Source of the DNA: Eledone cirrhosa
Taxonomy: Eukaryota
NCBI GenBank assembly: GCA_964016885.1
Contig: CAXHJY010001477.1
Coordinates: forward strand, 558,001 to 622,000
Length of the DNA: 64,000 nucleotides
Direction of reading: 5' to 3'
Numbering within the stretch: the first letter of the stretch is position 1; the number at the start of each line of letters is the position of its first letter. Positions 60,487 through 64,000 of the stretch are shown one piece after another. The notes under the pieces were generated by a model, which saw only the letters and a list, made by a program, of their open reading frames with translations, made no database searches and was not told the DNA's origin. Position numbers and translations under genes: made by a program.

Positions 60487-61137
60487 ATACACTGATATAA
60501 TCATACACATCCACACACAGTGTATGACAATGTGTGTGGATGTGTGTGTTTATATCAGTGTATGACAATGTGTGTGGATGTGTGTGTTTATATCAGTGTA
60601 TGACAATGTGTGTGGATGTGTGTGTTTATATCAGTGTATGACAATGTGTGTGGATGTGTGTGTTTATATCAGTGTATGACAATGTGTGTGGATGTGTATG
60701 TTTATATCAGTGTATGACAATGTGTGTGGATGTGTATGTTTATATCAGTGTATGACAATGTGTGTGGATGTGTATGTTTATATCAGTGTATGACAATGTG
60801 TGTGGATGTGTATGTTTATATCAGTGTATGACAATGTGTGTGGATGTGTGTGTTTATATCAGTGTATGACAATGTGTGTGGATGTGTATGTTTATATCAG
60901 TGTATGACAATGTGTGTGGATGTGTGTGTTTATATCAGTGTATGACAATGTGTGTGGATGTGTATGTTTATATCAGTGTATGACAATGTGTGTGGATGTG
61001 TATGTTTATATCAGTGTATGACAATGTGTGTGGATGTGTATGTTTATATCAGTGTATGACAATGTGTGTGGATGTGTATGTTTATATCAGTGTATGACAA
61101 TGTGTGTGGATGTGTATGTTTATATCAGTGTATGACA
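60487..61137. repeat. 38-bp minisatellite (CAGTGTATGACAATGTGTGTGGATGTGTATGTTTATAT), about 16 copies, preceded by one inverted partial unit
   Basis: Period 38 (60518 to 60556). 60487-60519 is the reverse complement of most of the unit. Confidence 0.95.
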
Positions 61138-61424
61138 GACTTCTTTAACTTAAGACACTCTTACATAAACTTTGGATGTTTAAGAAATACAATCTCTATA
61201 AACAGACATTATTTTCTCTCTCTCTCTCAGTGTGTGTGCGTGCATGCATGCGTGGAATTTTATATATACATACACACATACAATTTTTACAAAGAAGTCT
61301 ATGGTGTACCAAAATGAAAAGTTCTTCAGAAAGCCATAAAACAAAGGGAATAATTTGGATATAGTCAAGTAATGATGTTTACATGAAAAAGAGTGTTATC
61401 CTGTTTGTTTTGTAAATATATGGA

Positions 61425-61877
61425 AGTTGATAGAAGTCTTGGAGTGGGGAGACACAGGAAGACTTAGGATGAGGTGATAAAAGCTGACCTTGCCCAATTG
61501 CACCTCTCAAAGGTAATGACACAACACCAAGGCCTCTGGCATTTTGTAACGATATAGAAGACCCAATTTACCACAGGCACAGGTCGAAGCTGAAGCATAT
61601 AGACAATATGCCCAACCCATCCTCCCAATTGTAGGTGTCATGACAAAAGACACCCAGTCCACACTGTAAAGTGGTCGTGTAGGTTTCACAACAAAAGCAC
61701 CCAGCACTCACTGTAAATGAGGTTGATGTTAGGAAGGGCATCCAGCTGTAGAAACCAGGCCAGAATCAGTTCCTGTATGAGCAAGACACGGTCACCTGAC
61801 TAGGTATTACCCACAACAGGACAACTCGTCTAACCCAGGGAGAAAAATGGATACACAATGGTGATTATGATGATGAG
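61425..61877 (+). mobile_element. older RTE 3' fragment related to 271-2457
   Basis: RKT*DEVIKADLAQLHLSKVMTQHQGLW, then the shared 3' UTR (TGTTAGGAAGGGCATCCAGC.GTAGAAAC) and ATGATGATGA tail. Confidence 0.78.
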
Positions 61878-61921
61878 TCACCCATATATATATTCTCAAA
61901 GGTGACAGACTTCTTCAGAGA

Positions 61922-62048
61922 TAGAGGGAAGGAGGGGCAATGATAGATGGGGGGGGGGGGCAGTGAGATATAGAAGGGGCGGGGACAATGAGAGATGGGG
62001 GGCAGTGAGAGATAAGGGGGGGGTGAGAGATAGGGGGAGGGAGGGGGT
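61922..62048. repeat. G-rich low-complexity tract
   Basis: Multiple G4-G12 runs separated by GAGATA-like words. Confidence 0.8.
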
Positions 62049-62239
62049 TCAACAACTCAGTAATATTAGTATATTGCTATTATTGTAAAATATTGAGGTT
62101 TCATTGAATAATAAATTGAAAAAGTTGTGAAAACATTCTCACACTATTTGTAACTTCAAACAGGAAATATAATCAAGTAAAAATGGACACTAACAGATTA
62201 GTGGTGAAATACATGAAAATGTGTGTGTGAATATATATA

Positions 62240-62633
62240 TAGTTGTCACTCCCCCCCCCCCCCCCCCCCGGTATTGGCAGGGGTTGCATTCCTAGAACAC
62301 CCACGAAGAGTGAAAAACCACGAATATTGGACGTGGTCCATAAAAATGCCTATAAGCGTCAAAATATAATGTAAAATATAATAAAATAAAGAGGGAACGT
62401 CTTATACGAAGGGGCATCCAATAGGCCAGTAAATATGGGAAATTGTTAATAATTTAGTGTTAAAAAATATATATTGCCATGAAAAAAGCCATAAAACAAA
62501 TCACGGAAGATATTTACAATTCCGCAAATATGTGGTGGTTTCCACGAACAATTATTAGTTAGGTTCTGAGGAAAATTCTGTGAATAATGGGGACCGCGAA
62601 TATTGTGACCACGAATGTGGGGGCTACACTGTA
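62240..62633. mobile_element. probable Tc1/mariner (Tigger/pogo-like) MITE
   Basis: Right end GGGGGCTACACTG|TATA, degenerate left end next to (TA)n and a C run, repeated ACC(A/G)CGAAT subterminal motif at both ends. Confidence 0.45.
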
Positions 62634-62917
62634 TATATGTCTACATATATAATTAAAATATCACAGGCCATATTCAGTTGATTCAGGGTTTTTTTAAACT
62701 CTGTTATATGTATTACACTGAGGACTGTCAGTTATGATAGACTGAGCTCTTCAGATGGCAAAACCTATAAAAATCAATGAAAGTTCCTAAAAAAATATCT
62801 TTAAGTTTTGAAAAATCCAATAACTTCCTTGAAAAAGATTTTCTTTTCATGATTCAGGGGGCCGACTGACCGCGTGGTGCTGTTTCTTCAGCGGTCGAAA
62901 CCTCTGTATGTGTGTGT

Positions 62918-63578
62918 CATCATCATCATCAACGTTTAACGTCCGTGTTCCACGCTTGCATGGGTTTGGACGGGGGTATTCCCACTTGAGGCAAGAGTGA
63001 TTGTCTTGCTCGCATAGGACTGTCTGGCGGGTTTTCTACAGTTGGATGCCCTTCCTAACACCAACCACATTTACAGTGTGGGTCTGGGAGGTTTTTACCG
63101 TGTTGCCTACACGGCCACATTACAGCGTGGACTGTGTGTTTTTTGTCGTGACAGCTACACGATCTCATTTGTTTCGGCCTGGATGTTGTGGCACCAACAT
63201 AACTTTACATAGGAGGGGGTGGTGTGGATGGGGTGTGGGTGGTGGGACGTGGGTGTATTTTGTTAGAGATGCCTACTGACTGTAGTAGGTTTTACTATGT
63301 ATTTAGGTAAGGCGGGTCTTCTCTATTACTGAGTACCGCCAAAGGTCTCGGTCCAGTGACATTGTCTTGGAGAGGTGTAAGTGTGTGAGGTCGGAGTTTA
63401 TCAGCTCATCCCAGGTTTTTCTGGGTCTGCCTATTCCGTGGTACCGTCTATCTTTATTGCCCTGCACTTTGTTATACAGCTATCGTCCTTCATGCGTATT
63501 ACGTGACCATACCAACGTAGCCTTCTCTCGAGTAGACAACATCTGATCCCTCTTATTTCTAATTTTTTCCTTAGTTCT
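62918..63578 (-). mobile_element. 5'-truncated copy of the RTE family at 271-2457
   Basis: ELRKKLEIRGIRCCLLERRLRWYGHVIRMKDDSCI, a 3' UTR colinear with 2070-2457, and a (CAT)n tail at 62918-62930. Confidence 0.92.
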
Positions 63579-63579
63579 T

Positions 63580-64000
63580 GTGTATATATATATATGGTGG
63601 CTGCCAACTTGTTTTCAAGTATGGCCACTACTTTATATCCATGTAGGAGAACCCCTACCGATGCGCTGAACGAGTGTGACTTTTTAGTCCAGCCAGCGAC
63701 TTGAAAACTCTGGTACAAACACTACACTTGTGACAATTATTGACATATAGTGCTGGGCCCATGGTACATGTGATGACAAGTGCAGATAGATCTCCAGATA
63801 TAAAGCAATGCCTGTGCCGTGAAGCTTTTATAGTGAGCAAAGGCACTGCACAAAGCCAGTCCCACTCTCTTAACCAAGATGATATTTACCAAAAAGAAGA
63901 ACAAGTCAACATCATTGGATACCATGAGGGTTGCAGGTGTTATATCAGAGTTTTCCTTCTCCTAGAATTCTGCCTTGACAAAGGCTAAGGGGTCATCTCT
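63580..64000 (-). mobile_element. decayed 3' end of a BovB-like RTE with terminal C2H2 finger and (TA)n tail
   Basis: HKCSVCTRVFKSLAGLKSHTRSAHR* followed by a short UTR and TATATATA. The upstream part is too decayed to translate. Confidence 0.55.

Noticed and set aside
62855-62905. Hammerhead-like stem GACCGC...GCGGTC followed by GAAAC
   Set aside because: The CTGANGA core is incomplete and I cannot find convincing stems I and III. An Infernal search would be needed.
63655-63730. Host C2H2 zinc-finger gene exon
   Set aside because: Single terminal finger followed by a short UTR and (TA)n tail fits the end of a BovB-like RTE. No finger linker or array.

Overview
AT-rich, repeat-dense animal genomic DNA. 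The SINE/RTE repertoire looks like a coleoid cephalopod, probably octopus; this is an inference from memory of those repeats, not a database result. The only host gene I can support is PDZD8 on the minus strand. Three coding exons (58872-58726, 58389-58271, 3750-3672) splice in phase with GT-AG ends and encode the N-terminal TM helix plus the start of the SMP domain. The second coding intron is about 54.5 kb. About 38.4 kb of it is a single array of a 23-bp satellite with multi-kb higher-order repeats, apparently expanded in place. The same intron holds a nearly intact full-length L1/Tx1-type retrotransposon, several RTE, CR1-like and R4-like relics, and tRNA-derived SINEs. It also holds at least two minisatellites visibly derived from RTE LINE sequence (a 99-bp coding-derived unit and a 41-bp 3'-end unit). 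The next intron holds a 5'-truncated RTE with a PHD-type zinc finger inside its RT region. No prokaryotic system or CRISPR array is present. Repeat boundaries are read by eye and approximate.
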